63,564 nt of DNA, filler included, from Octopus bimaculoides (GCF_001194135.2; 6 parts of 6 records of this genome joined end to end with filler, not necessarily neighbours in it); one strand, 5' to 3'; shown: positions 39,554-52,758, counted from the first letter of the whole stretch. Made by a program: numbers and translations. The notes: generated from the sequence alone by a model not told the origin.

Positions 39554-41237
39554 ACAGAGAGAGAAAAAGAGAGATAATCGTTCAAAGAAATCCTTGGTCA
39601 AAGATATATTTTCTAAAGTGCTGTGCTGCACTGTGAGATTGAACCCAGAATCACAAAGTTGTGTTGTGAGTTTCTTAACAAGAGGGCCATACCTGCAAAT
39701 GAACCACATCTTTTATTTACGTTTCCATTGCAGATGAGGGCTGTTCAAATGATTATGTTTATATTACTTGTTGTACCAACTGATGCAGGTTTGTTATTAT
39801 TTCTTTTCTATCTTATCAATATAATTGTGGAACATTTAAGGCGAGATTGTGAAAGAAGGCTTTTTGTCTTTATATGATTTACTTGTTGAATGTCAGGACA
39901 GGTACGTGCCTAAAGTCTCTCCATTGTGTGTGTCTTTTATTACATATTTATTGCATATAAATATCCTCTGTTCTTGCATGACTTGTATGCAAGCCAGAAC
40001 CACCAACAGCTGCACTAACTGCCACCGGTGTTGTTCTTGTTACCACCACAGCTGTGCTCTTACATATTTGGGGATCTTACCCTAAATGACCCTGCAAGCA
40101 AGCCAACAGGAAAACCTCATCGCAGTGGCTCCACATAAAAGCATAGAAGTTAAAGCCTTCTCAAATTTCTTTCTACACTCTTCAAAAAAATCATCAGCCT
40201 TTAATCATAGATCTGCTCGGTAATGATTGACGTGTGACTAAACAACAACAACAACAGTAGCAGAGCAGATATGGATGATTGGTTAAGACATTCGCTATCA
40301 CGTGACACTAGGTTTGGTCACACCTGAGAAATTCCACCACACAACAAGAAAGACACATCATAAATATGAATACAAGATAGTGACGAGAAAGATTGTTTAT
40401 GGAGAAATCATATAAGTAAATGTAAATATTATACAATGTATATATACTGAATTTACAGAATATGAAATGAAATATTTAAAAAATAAACCGTTTTTATTTC
40501 AACAATGTTGAAAGATAATTTATGACTCCGTCACTAAAAAAGCCAACCTCAATTTCAGCAATTTGCCCCGTCAAAAGACATTTAATATAACATCTGTTTT
40601 TCTGAAAATGGAAAATAGAGGAAATGTTAACAAGCTTCTAATTCTTTCAAAGAATCTTTGTATTTGCCGTCAGCAAAACGATGATAATAACTGGTATAAC
40701 ATTAGATCCTGGATACTTCTCGAAGTTGCATTTAGCAGGTGGGAGAAACTAGGGTAAACCGTCACTTCTTTATATAAGCTTATCTCTTAAGTCCTATATT
40801 TTGTTTACTCCGTGTATAGCATACGCAAGTATGACAACACACTGACAGTGACATTGGAACGCCAAACAGAATACTTCAGGGTATTTGTCTCTCTGACTCT
40901 CTGCACTCTGTGTTCCACCCCCACTTTGGTCTAGTTTATCTTCCATCTTTTCGGGGTCGAAAATAAGAATGTCAAATCGGATGCTTTGTGGTATTTGCTC
41001 TGATTATTTGTGTTGTGAATTCAAATCCTGATACGACATTCTTAGGTGGCAGATTTAACCTGTCGCTTGGCTTAATACCACCACCTGCCACTTTAGGTAT
41101 CTTTAGCAGAACCCGCTCTGTTCTAAGTATTAGGCACAGGATTTTGGTTTGAAAATAATCCTCTGTTCTCCATCTTGGAGGCCTTGTAATGGAGCATTTC
41201 TATTGCCTTCTACACCCGATTAAAACAACAAAGAAAT

Positions 41238-42330
41238 ATGTTTTATATATATATATTGATGAACTTATTCGATTTACACAAGAGGCAAGAGAAAAAGAAG
41301 AGAAAGACCAATCCCTGGAACAGCTCAATCAACATCCGTCCGAATTACGCACCACTCTTCATTCTTTACCTCGAAAATCCACCTACAGACGATACACAAA
41401 ATAGAACCCCCTCCACGTTTATTCTAGCAATTAAAAACCGCATTGTACACATACGGAATGAAAAACTTAAAGTCAGAAAATTTTCTTTCTGGAATATGAT
41501 TAAAAACAACCACAAGGCAGAAATTTATGAACGCTGGTTAAATTCTACACCAATAATTCTGCCCCATAAATTCCAAATTAAACGTATTCCAAACGAACAG
41601 GACCAACGAAGACAATTAAGGGAGAACCTAACACTGGAAAAAATGAAGACAGAAATAGAACTGCTTAAGCTTAGAGCGCTGAGCAATGAAGAAAAATTGA
41701 AGAACATAGATGAGGAAATCTACAACGAATTAAAGAAACATTGAGATGGTCAACGCTTGGAAAGTGTCTTTAAACTGTGGCAAACAACTTGTGAAGCTGA
41801 AGAAACAAACTCGCTACAAGGCTGGCAAAGACAAAGCAATTTGATTATTAACTACGAAACACAGTTCATCGTAGAATAGGCATCGGATAAGCCCTTGCTG
41901 AAGGAAAATAAAGCAAAAACATACACAGAAATGAACCCAGGCTTATCGAACACAAACCAGAGACGGACAAGGGGAGGCAACTCCACCGACCTAACCTCTC
42001 TTACATCCCGAATAACTTACAAACAACTCAGGAATTCAGTTCACAAAAGAAAATCTGGATACAAATCCTACATACAAAAGTTCCATCGAAACCTCCAGAC
42101 TAACCTAAACTCTTGGGAACCAATACCTATCAATCCACCTCCATCATCTCACAATAAATGGAAGAATTTACCTCCGAGACTTAACTCTCAACATGGTTAC
42201 TTCAATCATTCAACAAGACACAACCTAACTAAACAATATAACTTTTCCCTCCACCCACATTACAATATTAAAAATAAATTTTGCACTCAAAGCAATGATT
42301 AGTCATATTGCGAAACCGGTCTGCCTTTAA
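41238..42330 (+). mobile_element. Decayed retroelement ORF remnant, probably Penelope-like
   Basis: Broken charged ORF (..IPNEQDQRRQLRENLTLEKMKTEIELLKLRALSNEEKLKNIDEEI..) resembles a repetitive octopus ORF family as I recall it. A decayed hammerhead motif lies at its 3' side (42282-42324). Confidence 0.45.
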
Positions 42331-42625
42331 ATCTCTTTAACAACTCACAACAATGACTTTTATTACCTTTATTCCTACCTCAGTTCATCTGATTTTATAT
42401 ATCTATCGTTGCTTTTCATAAAAAGCCTTTACTTTTTTTGATTTCCAATTTGCATTTTCGCTTATTTTTCTGCTTACTTTCCCCTTACATTTCCACGTGT
42501 AGTTTCTATTTTGTTTTTGTAACATNNNNNNNNNNNNNNNNNNNNNNNNNNNNNNNNNNNNNNNNNNNNTTAATTAATTAANNNNNNNNNNNNNNNNNNN
42601 NNNNNNNNNNNNNNNNNNNNNNNNN

Positions 42626-42825
42626 CCAGTCAGGCGGTACTGGCAACGGCCATGCTCAAAATGGTGTATTTTACGTGCCACCTGCATGAAGGCCAGTCAG
42701 GTGGTACTGGCAACGGCCATGCTCAAAATGGTGTATTTTACGTGCCACCGGCACGAAGGCCAGTCAGGCGGTACTGGCAACGGCCACGCTCAAATGGTGT
42801 ATTTTACATGCCACCCACACAGGAG
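42626..42825. repeat. 67-bp tandem repeat x3 (RTE 3'-associated)
   Basis: CCAGTCAGGCGGTACTGGCAACGGCC.. starts at 42626, 42693 and 42760. Confidence 0.85.
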
Positions 42826-43181
42826 CTATAAATAAATTACAACGATCCACTTCTATTGAGTTTTCTGTGAGATTGAACCCAGGAGGGTCATTTTGGAAGA
42901 TTGTGGTTTAAATTAAACAAACAGATTTCATTATCTACTATAATAATACTCTTGGGGGACGAAATACTCTCGTTTGTCATTCAACAATTGCTACCAAATA
43001 TAAAAACACTTGTCACCAGTCACTATTACTTACTCATTCTTTCTTTTCTCTCCATGCTACTACCACCATCACCACTGTGACTGCTACCACCATCACCACC
43101 ACCACCACCATCGTCACTTCAATGCCACCACCTCCACCATCAATGCTATGACCACCACTACTGCAATGACAATCACAACAG

Positions 43182-43277
43182 GAAAAGGATCAAGCTGAGA
43201 AGAAGTCTTCGAATGTCAAAGGAACCTGTTTGGACCAAGATATGATTGATGTCACATACGACCTTCTTTCTGACTTG
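43182..43277 (+). CDS. HECTD2: HECTD2-like exon (EKDQAEKK...MIDVTYDLLSDL)
   Basis: CAG|...|GT, 96 nt, phase 0-0. It aligns with the recalled HECTD2 segment KDATASF..FVNAVYDTLLNT and joins the next exon in frame. Splice sites are weak. Confidence 0.72.
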
Positions 43278-43386
43278 GTGTGTGGGTAACGCACTTCATT
43301 TAGTCTTTCTCTCTTTCTTTCTTAACAATTCTCTTTTCTCTCACTCTTTCTCTCTCTCTTTCCTTCGGTTTCTCCTTCTCTCTCTC

Positions 43387-43429
<43 letters not shown>

Positions 43430-43581
43430 ATATATATATATATATATATATTATATAACTGCCATCTCTGAAGAGCACAGGGTTACATAACCGGGGTGTT
43501 ATCTAACATCTTATTGAACCTCTAATGCAAAAGCAATTGGTAAGATCAGCTGTATTGGATATATAATTCTGTACACTTTGA

Positions 43582-43622
<41 letters not shown>

Positions 43623-43986
43623 GTGTGTGTATGTGCGTGTGTGTGTGTGAGTGTGTGTGTGTGTGTGTGTGTGTATCTTTCTCACTCTCTGCTTCTCTGT
43701 TATTTGATATTTTTTTCTTCCACCTTTCTATTGTACATGCATTTGTCTCTTTCTTTCCTCCTACACAGATACAAATACACACCACAAATACACACACACA
43801 CACACACACCACTCACACATACATATACATACATACACACACATGCACAAATACATGTGCTTATTTATACATACATTATATGTATGAGCGTTTGTGTGCG
43901 TGTGTATGCATATAACAGAGTCTGCACGTAAATGTGTATGTGTCTTTATGTGCGTACAACTTACTTGTGTCTCTTATTATTTACAG

Positions 43987-44048
43987 CCAACAGATCTGCA
44001 GAAATTAATCCTGAAGTCCATCATAAGTTGTCTGTTGAAAGACAAGAG
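43987..44048 (+). CDS. HECTD2: HECTD2-like exon (PTDLQKLILKSIISCLLKDK)
   Basis: TTACAG|...AG|GTAAGT, phase 0-2. Similar to recalled PQDVQKTVLKGIINSLLREWK. Confidence 0.92.
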
Positions 44049-44719
44049 GTAAGTGTACAGTGTGTCCTCTCTGTGGAGTGATAGGGTCGACCAAAGTGGG
44101 AGAAGGGCTGGGATGCAAATTCTGATCGTTATTAGTGATATATTGTTTCTGCTGTCATCATTGGTGATGGCGCCACATAAAGTGTTGGTGCCATGGGAAA
44201 AGCACACAGTACACTCTGTAAAGGGGTTGGCATTAGGAAGGGCCTCCAGCTGTAGAAACCAAGCCAAAACATACTATGGAACCTGGAGTGGCCCCCTGGT
44301 CTTGCCAGTTCCCTGTCAAGCTGTCCGACCCATGCCAGCATGGAAAAACGAATGTTAAATGATGATGGTGACGATGGTGGTGGTGGTGGTGNNNNNNNNN
44401 NGGTGGTGGCGGCGGCAGCAGTGGTGGTGGCGGCGGCAGCAGTGGTGGTGGCGGCGGCAGCAGTGGTGGTGGTGGTGGTGATGATAACAGTTATGATGAT
44501 GATGATGATGATGACAATTATGATGACAACGCTGACGACGATGATGACGATGATGACGATGATGATGATGATGCACAGTTATCTGCAAAATGGTCAAATC
44601 AATTTAAACAACACAAAAAACCTGAAATGTTACCAATTTTATTTAGTGTTTTCAACAGTCAACACACAAACAAACTCACACACACACACTCACACACACA
44701 CACACACACTCACACACAC

Positions 44720-44750
<31 letters not shown>

Positions 44751-44812
44751 TACACAAACACATAAATATGACACTTAATCTGTGTTTTCTATTTTTTGTC
44801 TTCTTCACCCAG

Positions 44813-44858
44813 AATCCACACCATCGATGATCTAAAAGCTTACTTTATCCTTCTCCAG
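44813..44858 (+). CDS. HECTD2: HECTD2-like exon (IHTIDDLKAYFILLQ)
   Basis: CCCAG|...CAG|GTGAGT, phase 2-0. Matches recalled RTKDDLRAYFILLQ. Confidence 0.93.
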
Positions 44859-45216
44859 GTGAGTACATTCATGTTTAGAAGCCAGCTCCTTCAAACAACA
44901 CACTAATTGTAATGTTGTTAGTATTGTTAATGTTGTCTGTACTTCAATTAGTACATAGTTAATGTTAATGTCAGCATTGTTGTTGAAGTCGGGCATAAAC
45001 TTGGTCAGTTCTACTGGATGAAAGTTATTTCACCACCTCATAGGTAACCGACTGTATGTCCAGGTACCACCCCTTCGATTCAGTGCTAAATATTTCATAC
45101 GCACATCCTGCTGAGGACTGTTAATGTGCAAAACTTTGATCTATGTAGATGGTGTCAAGGTTTCTATTGTTTGATCTATGTTCAAGAGTGACCATCCCTT
45201 CTTATTTTAGGTCATA

Positions 45217-45572
45217 CCGGGGTTTTCCGAAAATCCACCCAGGGCTTTAAACAGAAAATTCTATTTTACAAAACTATTCTTTGGCTGAAATAACCACCCA
45301 GCTATAATAAGCACCCATGGAAGTTTAACGGCACTCAATTTTTCACTAATGGTATATGATTGTTGAACATGTTTTGATGTATATTCTTTCGACTCCATTA
45401 TTGGGAATAAAAATCCTTTGAATTTATCTACAGATGTAGAGCAAATGAACATCTAAACAGAATGCAGACAAGAACACTAACTCTGTTTCAACTTTTAACC
45501 ACAAATAACCACCCATCCAAATAAACGTCCATGGACGATCTAATGGATGGGCAGATTTTCAGAAAACCCCGG
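45217..45572. mobile_element. Tc1/mariner-type MITE
   Basis: About 25-bp imperfect TIRs CCGGGGTTTTCCGAAAATCCACCCA / TGGGCAGATTTTCAGAAAACCCCGG flanked by TA on both sides. Confidence 0.72.
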
Positions 45573-45788
45573 TACTTTTATAGAAACATTTTCACAGACT
45601 TATATGTTTGTATCTTCAGACACAGAGATACCTCACTCAATGGCGTCAAAACCTGTTCTTATGCTGACACTGTGATGTCCACATTTAATTTTTATAGAGA
45701 CCTCACTAAATGATGTTGACGACACTTTAATGTTGACACTTTAATTTGTATCAATACCACACTCAATGATCTTGATATATGTCCATAC

Positions 45789-45872
45789 ATTGACACCATA
45801 ACATTGACACCATAACATTGACACCATAACATTGACACCATAACATTGACACCATAACATTGACACCATAAC
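45789..45872. repeat. 14-bp minisatellite (ATTGACACCATAAC)x6
   Basis: Six perfect units inside a degenerate TGACAC-rich tract (45660-45930). Confidence 0.95.
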
Positions 45873-46512
45873 ATTGACACTGTAATAGTGACACTCTGTA
45901 TTGACACCTCATTCAATGACATTGACACTCGTCGCCTTTAATCTTTAATGAATATCTTTTATGTCCAGTTTAAGTTTTCTCCAAGTAATCTCTTGATCAT
46001 TCTTATTTCTTCTCTTGGCCAGTAAGACCCTTCTGATGTATATCAACCCAAGACCACTACCGACACCCTCCATCATCGTCACTAATTAGTACATTATTGA
46101 TTTAGTGTCAGCTTTGTTGGTGTTAGTGTCACCGCTGGCTAAATCTCCACCCCATCACTATCATCACACACCCACTTCCATCTCACCTACCTCTACTACC
46201 ACCACTACCACTGTTTCTTTCAACACTACCACTACCATTAATATCACTCTGCCACCACCACCACCACCACCATCATTTCAACTACCCGGGGGGGGGGGGG
46301 GCGGAAACTTCCACCTACAATACAACCATACACATATACACATGCACACACACACACAGACACAGAGGTTCCCCTCTCCCCTTTTCTCTCTCTCTCACTC
46401 TCTCTCCCTGTCTCTCTCTCTGTCTTTCACTCTTATTTACTCTCTATTACACTCTAATACATTCTCTGTCACACTCCCTGGCAATTTTCTCCCATTTATA
46501 TATTTCTGACAG

Positions 46513-46622
46513 AATCCTCTATTTGAGTCCAGCACAACAATGGGGATATTTGCCCATCTTCTGCGCCAAATTGCTGCCTTGTCTGATCAAGATCACCATT
46601 ATCTGGTACACTGGATCAAAGA
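46513..46622 (+). CDS. HECTD2: HECTD2-like exon (NPLFESSTTMGIFAHLLRQIAALSDQDHHYLVHWIK)
   Basis: GACAG|...GA|GTAAGT, phase 0-2. Matches recalled NPQF..YAHLLRQIATL..DHHFLVHWFK. Confidence 0.95.
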
Positions 46623-46631
46623 GTAAGTATC

Positions 46632-46797
46632 TGACAAAACCCTATACAATTCTAGTCACAAAACCCTATACAACTCTAGTCACAAAACCCTATACAACTC
46701 TGTCATAAAACCCCATATAATTCTAGTCACACAACCCTTTACAATTCTTGTCACTAAACCCCTTACAAATCTAGTCACAAAACCCTATACAACTTAA
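46632..46797. repeat. About 24-bp minisatellite (TCACAAAACCCTATACAACTCTAG)x~7
   Basis: Direct reading. It starts about 10 nt after the exon donor. Confidence 0.9.
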
Positions 46798-47134
46798 ACA
46801 AGGAGACTGTCCAAAAGAGTTGCAGGAGATTCCAAAGTCGTCTGGAGGCCATGGTTGAAGCCAATGGCAATTTTATTGAATAAATTTACTCTTTTAGTAT
46901 TTCAAGCTATTTTTATGTAATTTTGGTAAATATATCTGTTAAAATCAGATGTCAGTGTTATTTTCATTTTTGTGTAATTTAAACGACAGTTTATTCACCA
47001 CATCCTGTGTGTACACACACACACACACACGTACGTACATACGTATGTATGTATGTATGTATGTACGTATGTATGAGTGTGTGTGTGTGTGTGTGCGTGT
47101 GTCTTTTCTAATTGTTCTTTATTCCTCTGTCCAG

Positions 47135-47283
47135 GCTAGAACCAACACAGTTCAAGGCAATTCTCTCTAAAATCAATAACTTTATCACCTGGAAGATATT
47201 CCCACCAAAATTCAATGATCTGCCTCACCCATCGAAGTGTACATGGTGGGTGCCCAGTGCTGTCAAGGTCCTTGCTCTTTTAA
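47135..47283 (+). CDS. HECTD2: HECTD2-like exon (LEPTQFK...PSKCTWWVPSAVKVLALL)
   Basis: TCCAG|...A|GTAAGT, phase 2-1. Matches recalled KCSWWIPSAAKVLALL. Confidence 0.95.
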
Positions 47284-47675
47284 GTAAGTATCCTACTTAT
47301 TGTCTCTCTCTTGCTCTGTGCAAATCTCTAGGAACAGAACCATTGAGGATCATTGTCTATCTGGACCCTGTGGTGCTGGTGAGCAGGTCCTACAAGTCAA
47401 TGGAGGTGAGGTTGAGATCAATGGGTGCATTGGCCCAGAAGAGCCAATAAGAGTCCTGTAAATATCTGGCAGGCATTTCTTTCAAAATATCAAAACATAA
47501 AATGAAATAAAGAGAGGCGCAGGAGTGGCTGTGGTAAGAAGCTTGCTTACCAGCCACATGGTTCTGGGTTCATTCCCACTGTGTGGCATCTTGGGCAATT
47601 GTCTTCTACTATAGCCTTGGGCTGACCAAAGCCTTGTGAGTGGATTTGGTAGACAGAAACTGAAAGAAGCCTGTC

Positions 47676-47717
<42 letters not shown>

Positions 47718-47835
47718 AAAAAAAAGGCAAAAAATCATATATTAATTAATATCGATTAATTATCAGGAAGCTAGCACATTTAAAGAATCAAAGAGATTCA
47801 GAAACAGTATCTGCAATCTCGGGGGATTAAAGTAC

Positions 47836-47881
<46 letters not shown>

Positions 47882-48780
47882 NNNNNNNNNNNNNNNNNNN
47901 NNNNNNNNNNNNNNNNNNNNNNNNNNNNNNNNNNNNNNNNNNNNNNNNNNNNNNNNNNNNNNNNNNNNNNNNNNNNNNNNNNNNNNNNNNNNNNNNNNNN
48001 NNNNNNNNNNNNNNNNNNNNNNNNNNNNNNNNNNNNNNNNNNNNNNNNNNNNNNNNNNNNNNNNNNNNNNNNTATATATATATATATATATATATGAATT
48101 CTGCTGAGGTCATCGACCTTACCAATCATCCTTTCATGGTCGATAAAATAAAGAACCATTTGAAGACTGGGATCAATGTAAATGCATTACCCACCCACCT
48201 CAAACTTGCAGGCCTTGAGCCAAAATTTGAAATCAGTATTACTTCCAGTATTCCATGCTTTAGAATGTAGAAGAAGTAGCTGCCATTGTTATGGTTGGAT
48301 GCTTTCTTTTCTATTGCTGCTTATTCAGTCATGATGTAAAGATTTGGAGCTCACCTTTTTGTTCAGTGAGGCAAATTGGAGCAACAAGATTTTGATATAG
48401 ATCACATATGAATCAGTTATTCGTGGAAAGCTGGCAAAATCAATAACACACAGGACAAAATGCTTAACGACATTTCGTCTGGTTTTACATTCTGTTTTCA
48501 AATTCTGCTCAGTTCAAGCTTTGCTTTTCATCCTTCCACTTTCATCCTTTCGGGGGTCGATTAAAATAAGTACCAATTAATCACTGGGGGTCGATGTAAT
48601 CGACTTAATCCCTTTGTCTGTCCCTGTTTGTCCCCTCTATGTTTAACCCCCAATGTGGGCAATAAAGAAATAAAAAAATTGTGTAGTCGTTGTTTGTGTG
48701 TAAAATCCCCACTGTCCATGTCTACTGTATCGTCCCCTATATGTCAGCCCTTGTGGCTAATAAATGAAATTATCATTATT

Positions 48781-48815
<35 letters not shown>

Positions 48816-48847
48816 TATTATTATCATTATTATTATTATTATTATCG

Positions 48848-48902
<55 letters not shown>

Positions 48903-48913
48903 CATTATTATTA

Positions 48914-48947
<34 letters not shown>

Positions 48948-48976
48948 CATTATTATTATTATTATCATTATTATTA

Positions 48977-49016
<40 letters not shown>

Positions 49017-49898
49017 CATTATTATTATTATTATNNNNNNNNNNNNNNNNNNNNNNNNNNNNNNNNNNNNNNNNNNNNNNNNNNNNNNNNNNNNNNNNNN
49101 NNNNNNNNNNNNNNNNNNNNNNNNNNNNNNNNNNNNNNNNNNNNNNNNNNNNNNNNNNNNNNNNNNNNNNNNNNNNNNNNNNNNNNNNNNNNNNNNNNNN
49201 NNNNNNNNNNNNNNNNNNNNNNNNNNNNNNNNNNNNNNNNNNNNNNNNNNNNNNNNNNNNNNNNNNNNNNNNNNNNNNNNNNNNNNNNNNNNNNNNNNNN
49301 NNNNNNNNNNNNNNNNNNNNNNNNNNNNNNNNNNNNNNNNNNNNNNNNNNNNNNNNNNNNNNNNNNNNNNNNNNNNNNNNNNNNNNNNNNNNNNNNNNNN
49401 NNNNNNNNNNNNNNNNNNNNNNNNNNNNNNNNNNNNNNNNNNNNNNNNNNNNNNNNNNNNNNNNNNNNNNNNNNNNNNNNNNNNNNNNNNNNNNNNNNNN
49501 NNNNNNNNNNNNNNNNNNNNNNNNNNNNNNNNNNNNNNNNNNNNNNNNNNNNNNNNNNNNNNNNNNNNNNNNNNNNNNNNNNNNNNNNNNNNNNNNNNNN
49601 NNNNNNNNNNNNNNNNNNNNNNNNNNNNNNNNNNNNNNNNNNNNNNNNNNNNNNNNNNNNNNNNNNNNNNNNNNNNNNNNNNNNNNNNNNNNNNNNNNNN
49701 NNNNNNNNNNNNNNNNNNNNNNNNNNNNNNNNNNNNNNNNNNNNNNNNNNNNNNNNNNNNNNNNNNNNNNNNNNNNNNNNNNNNNNNNNNNNNNNNNNNN
49801 NNNNNNNNNNNNNNNNNNNNNNNNNNNNNNNNNNNNNNNNNNNNNNNNNNNNNNNNNNNNNNNNNNNNNNNNNNNNNNNNNNNNNNNNNNNNNNNNNN

Positions 49899-49943
<45 letters not shown>

Positions 49944-50723
49944 GGAGAAATTGTAGAAAATGTATAAACTGGCACAGTTTCCATTACCTGTTGTTATCCT
50001 TAGATTTATTGCAGGAACTTTGTAATGGTGGTTGAGCGTAACGGTATTAATAAAATAGGAGATGGATAAAATAGATGGATATTCCTCCTTGTTTATCTCC
50101 CCTGTACCTTTTCCTTTGTCTCTGATTGTTTTCTAATCCTTCAATCCCGCTGCCCCCTACACCTCTCTCCTCCTTCTACATGACCGGTGTTCGACCAACC
50201 ATGATCTTTCTTTCTCGGCCTGACTGCTGACTGCCGACACCTCTTATGTCCATCTTCTATGTTCCTGCCTTAAGGCTTTTACTTTATACACACCAGCTCG
50301 ATTTGATTCGTCCTCAGTCAAAAGACACTTGTTGCTATTTTCTTGTTGTTTGCATTTGTAATTGTGTACCATACTCTCCATTTTTTGTCTTTGTTGTCAT
50401 ACACATTCGCTAGCTTTCTTACAAAAAAATCTAATGCTCTTAGCTTACACTTTTTGGGGGGAACAACCAGATCGAACAGTCTCAAGTGTAACTGCCCAAA
50501 ACTGTAAGGAAATCTGGTAACTTGACTGACGAAAGAAGGCCACGAATCACCCATCCTTTTTTTCCTGTCCCTCTAATTGTTGTTTCTCCTGTACACCTTT
50601 GTATCATCTATATGTCTGGATGTTTTATTATCCTCTATTGCGTTTTCATTCCATTTTTATATATATATATGTATATAGATAGATAGATAGATAGATAGAT
50701 ATATGTATGTATGTATATGTGTG

Positions 50724-50784
<61 letters not shown>

Positions 50785-50888
50785 ACATTTATAGTCTGGA
50801 GATAGGATTATAAATATGTATATAAATCTATAAATGTCTATATCTATATATATATGTATGTGTCTCTGTGTGTGTGTATTCCATCTAG

Positions 50889-50985
50889 GTTCTCTTTCTG
50901 CCAGTATCCCTTCATTCTGAGCATCAGTGCCAAAAGAACCATTCTACAACGAGACTCAGAGCAACAGATGATTGTCATGGCTAGG
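50889..50985 (+). CDS. HECTD2: HECTD2-like exon (FSFCQYPFILSISAKRTILQRDSEQQMIVMAR)
   Basis: TCTAG|...AGG|GTGAG, phase 2-0. Contains the pre-HECT FSFCQYPF motif. Confidence 0.95.
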
Positions 50986-51235
50986 GTGAGTATGGAGATT
51001 ATGAATTATTATAATTAACTCATTACAAGTATTACAAGAACCAGGGTCAGTCTCAGATGGGTTGGCATCAAAGGGGTTAAAGAAAGAATGCATTGATTAA
51101 TATTGTCCTAATTGTGCTACATCAAAAAATTAAATGAAATGGTCAAGGATGGAATGCCTTTCGACTTTCCATTCAATGATATTATCTGAATACATTTATA
51201 ATTCCTTTCTTAAAAATTTCTCCGTTTCTCTCCAG

Positions 51236-51343
51236 CGAAGTTTGGTTGATAAAGTTCAGAAACGACAACTTCCTGATATTGGTATGTTATTTCTCAACCT
51301 CCATGTGCGACGATCATATCTTGTGTCAGATTCACTAAACGAG
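51236..51343 (+). CDS. HECTD2: HECTD2-like exon (RSLVDKVQKRQLPDIGMLFLNLHVRRSYLVSDSLNE)
   Basis: TCCAG|...GAG|GTCAGT, phase 0-0. Start of the HECT domain (VRR..LV.DSL.E). Confidence 0.95.
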
Positions 51344-51383
51344 GTCAGTAAAACAAATAAAAAGCAATCTATTTTTTAAAATG

Positions 51384-51431
<48 letters not shown>

Positions 51432-52074
51432 GGTGTGTGGTAAGTAGTGTCTTCTACTTTAGCCTTGGGCTGACCAAAGCCTTTTAAGTGGATCTGGTAG
51501 ACGGAAACTGAAAGAAGCCCATTGTGTGTCTGTGTGTATGTGTGTGTGTGTGTGTTTGTGTGTGGTGTGTGTATGTGTATGCATTTGTGTATCTGTGTTT
51601 GTCCCTGCCACTATCACTTGACAACCGGTGTTGGTGTGTTTACATCCCTGAAACTTAGCAGTTTGGCAAAAAGAGACTAATAGAATAAGTACTAGGCTTA
51701 CAAAATATAAGTCCTGGGTTCGATTTGTTCGACTAAAGGCGGTGCTCCAGCATGGCCACAGTCAAATGACCGAAACAAATAAGAAAAAAAAAAGAATGAA
51801 GGTTTCAAAATTTGCCACAAGGCCAGCAATTTGGGAGGAAGGTGAAAGTCAATTACTGTAGTCCCAGCCTACAGTAAAAGATAATTTCTCAAGGTGCCAT
51901 GCTGTGAGACTGAACTCAAAACCATATAGTTGCAAAGCAAACTACTCCACCACACAGCTATGCCTACACCTATTACCATTCTTGAACCATTCTCTATCTT
52001 TCTCTCTTTTCACCAACGTTGCTGTCTTCTTCTGTCCCTTTCTGATTTTCTGCCTCTTACCATTTCTCCTGTAG

Positions 52075-52207
52075 ATTGCCAATAAACAGAAAGACCTGAA
52101 GAAGAAGCTAAAAGTGACATTCACTGGTGAACCAGGACTGGATATGGGTGGCTTGACCAAGGAATGGTTCCTCTTGTTAATACGACGGATCTTTCATCCT
52201 GATTATG
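52075..52207 (+). CDS. HECTD2: HECT domain exon (IANKQKDLKKKLKVTFTGEPGLDMGGLTKEWFLLLIRRIFHPDY)
   Basis: TGTAG|...G|GTAAGT, phase 0-1. Hallmark HECT motif GE.GLDMGGLTKEWF. Confidence 0.96.
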
Positions 52208-52758
52208 GTAAGTCTTTGTCATAGAGACTGAACTCACGATGTTGAAGACTGAAATGAAGGGGGCTGGAGACTGATATAGAGGGGGCAGCAACAACTGCTG
52301 TGATGGTGGTGGTGGTGGTGGAATTGTTGTTTTCTGTCAGTTTGAAATTTTAAATTTAAAAAAAAAATGGAAAAATTTCCCATAAATTAAAACCAAATTG
52401 AAAAAAAAAGAAGAAAAAAAAAGCAAAAGTAAATTAATTAGACATTTTTTTTGTGAAGATATCTAAATTCAATACAGAGAAAACGAAAATAAAATTTTAA
52501 TTAAATTCACATAGATACAAAATTAAACTTGATTCTTTTATTGAATTCACACAAAATTAATGTCTGAAAGTCAGTATTATTTTTTTATTTGATTTTCATT
52601 AATTAATATAAATTTAATTTTTGTTAATAAATTCATTAAAGGCTTANNNNNNNNNNNNNNNNNNNNNNNNNNNNNNNNNNNNNNNNNNNNNNNNNNNNNN
52701 NNNNNNNNNNNNNNNNNNNNNNNNNNNNNNNNNNNNNNNNNNNNNNNNNNNNNNNNNN

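Noticed and set aside
39734-39900. Possible exons MRAVQMIMF.. and ..FLSLYDLLVECQD
   Set aside because: The phase is incompatible with the 43987 exon, and 43182-43277 fits the homologous position better.
42880-42916. VILEDCGLN resembling HECTD2 TIEDSGIN
   Set aside because: Immediate in-frame stop and no splice sites.
46288-46301. G14 run as a G-quadruplex element
   Set aside because: Isolated homopolymer among simple repeats, with no other support.
45789-46797. Short direct-repeat arrays as CRISPR
   Set aside because: No unique spacers, eukaryotic context and no cas genes.
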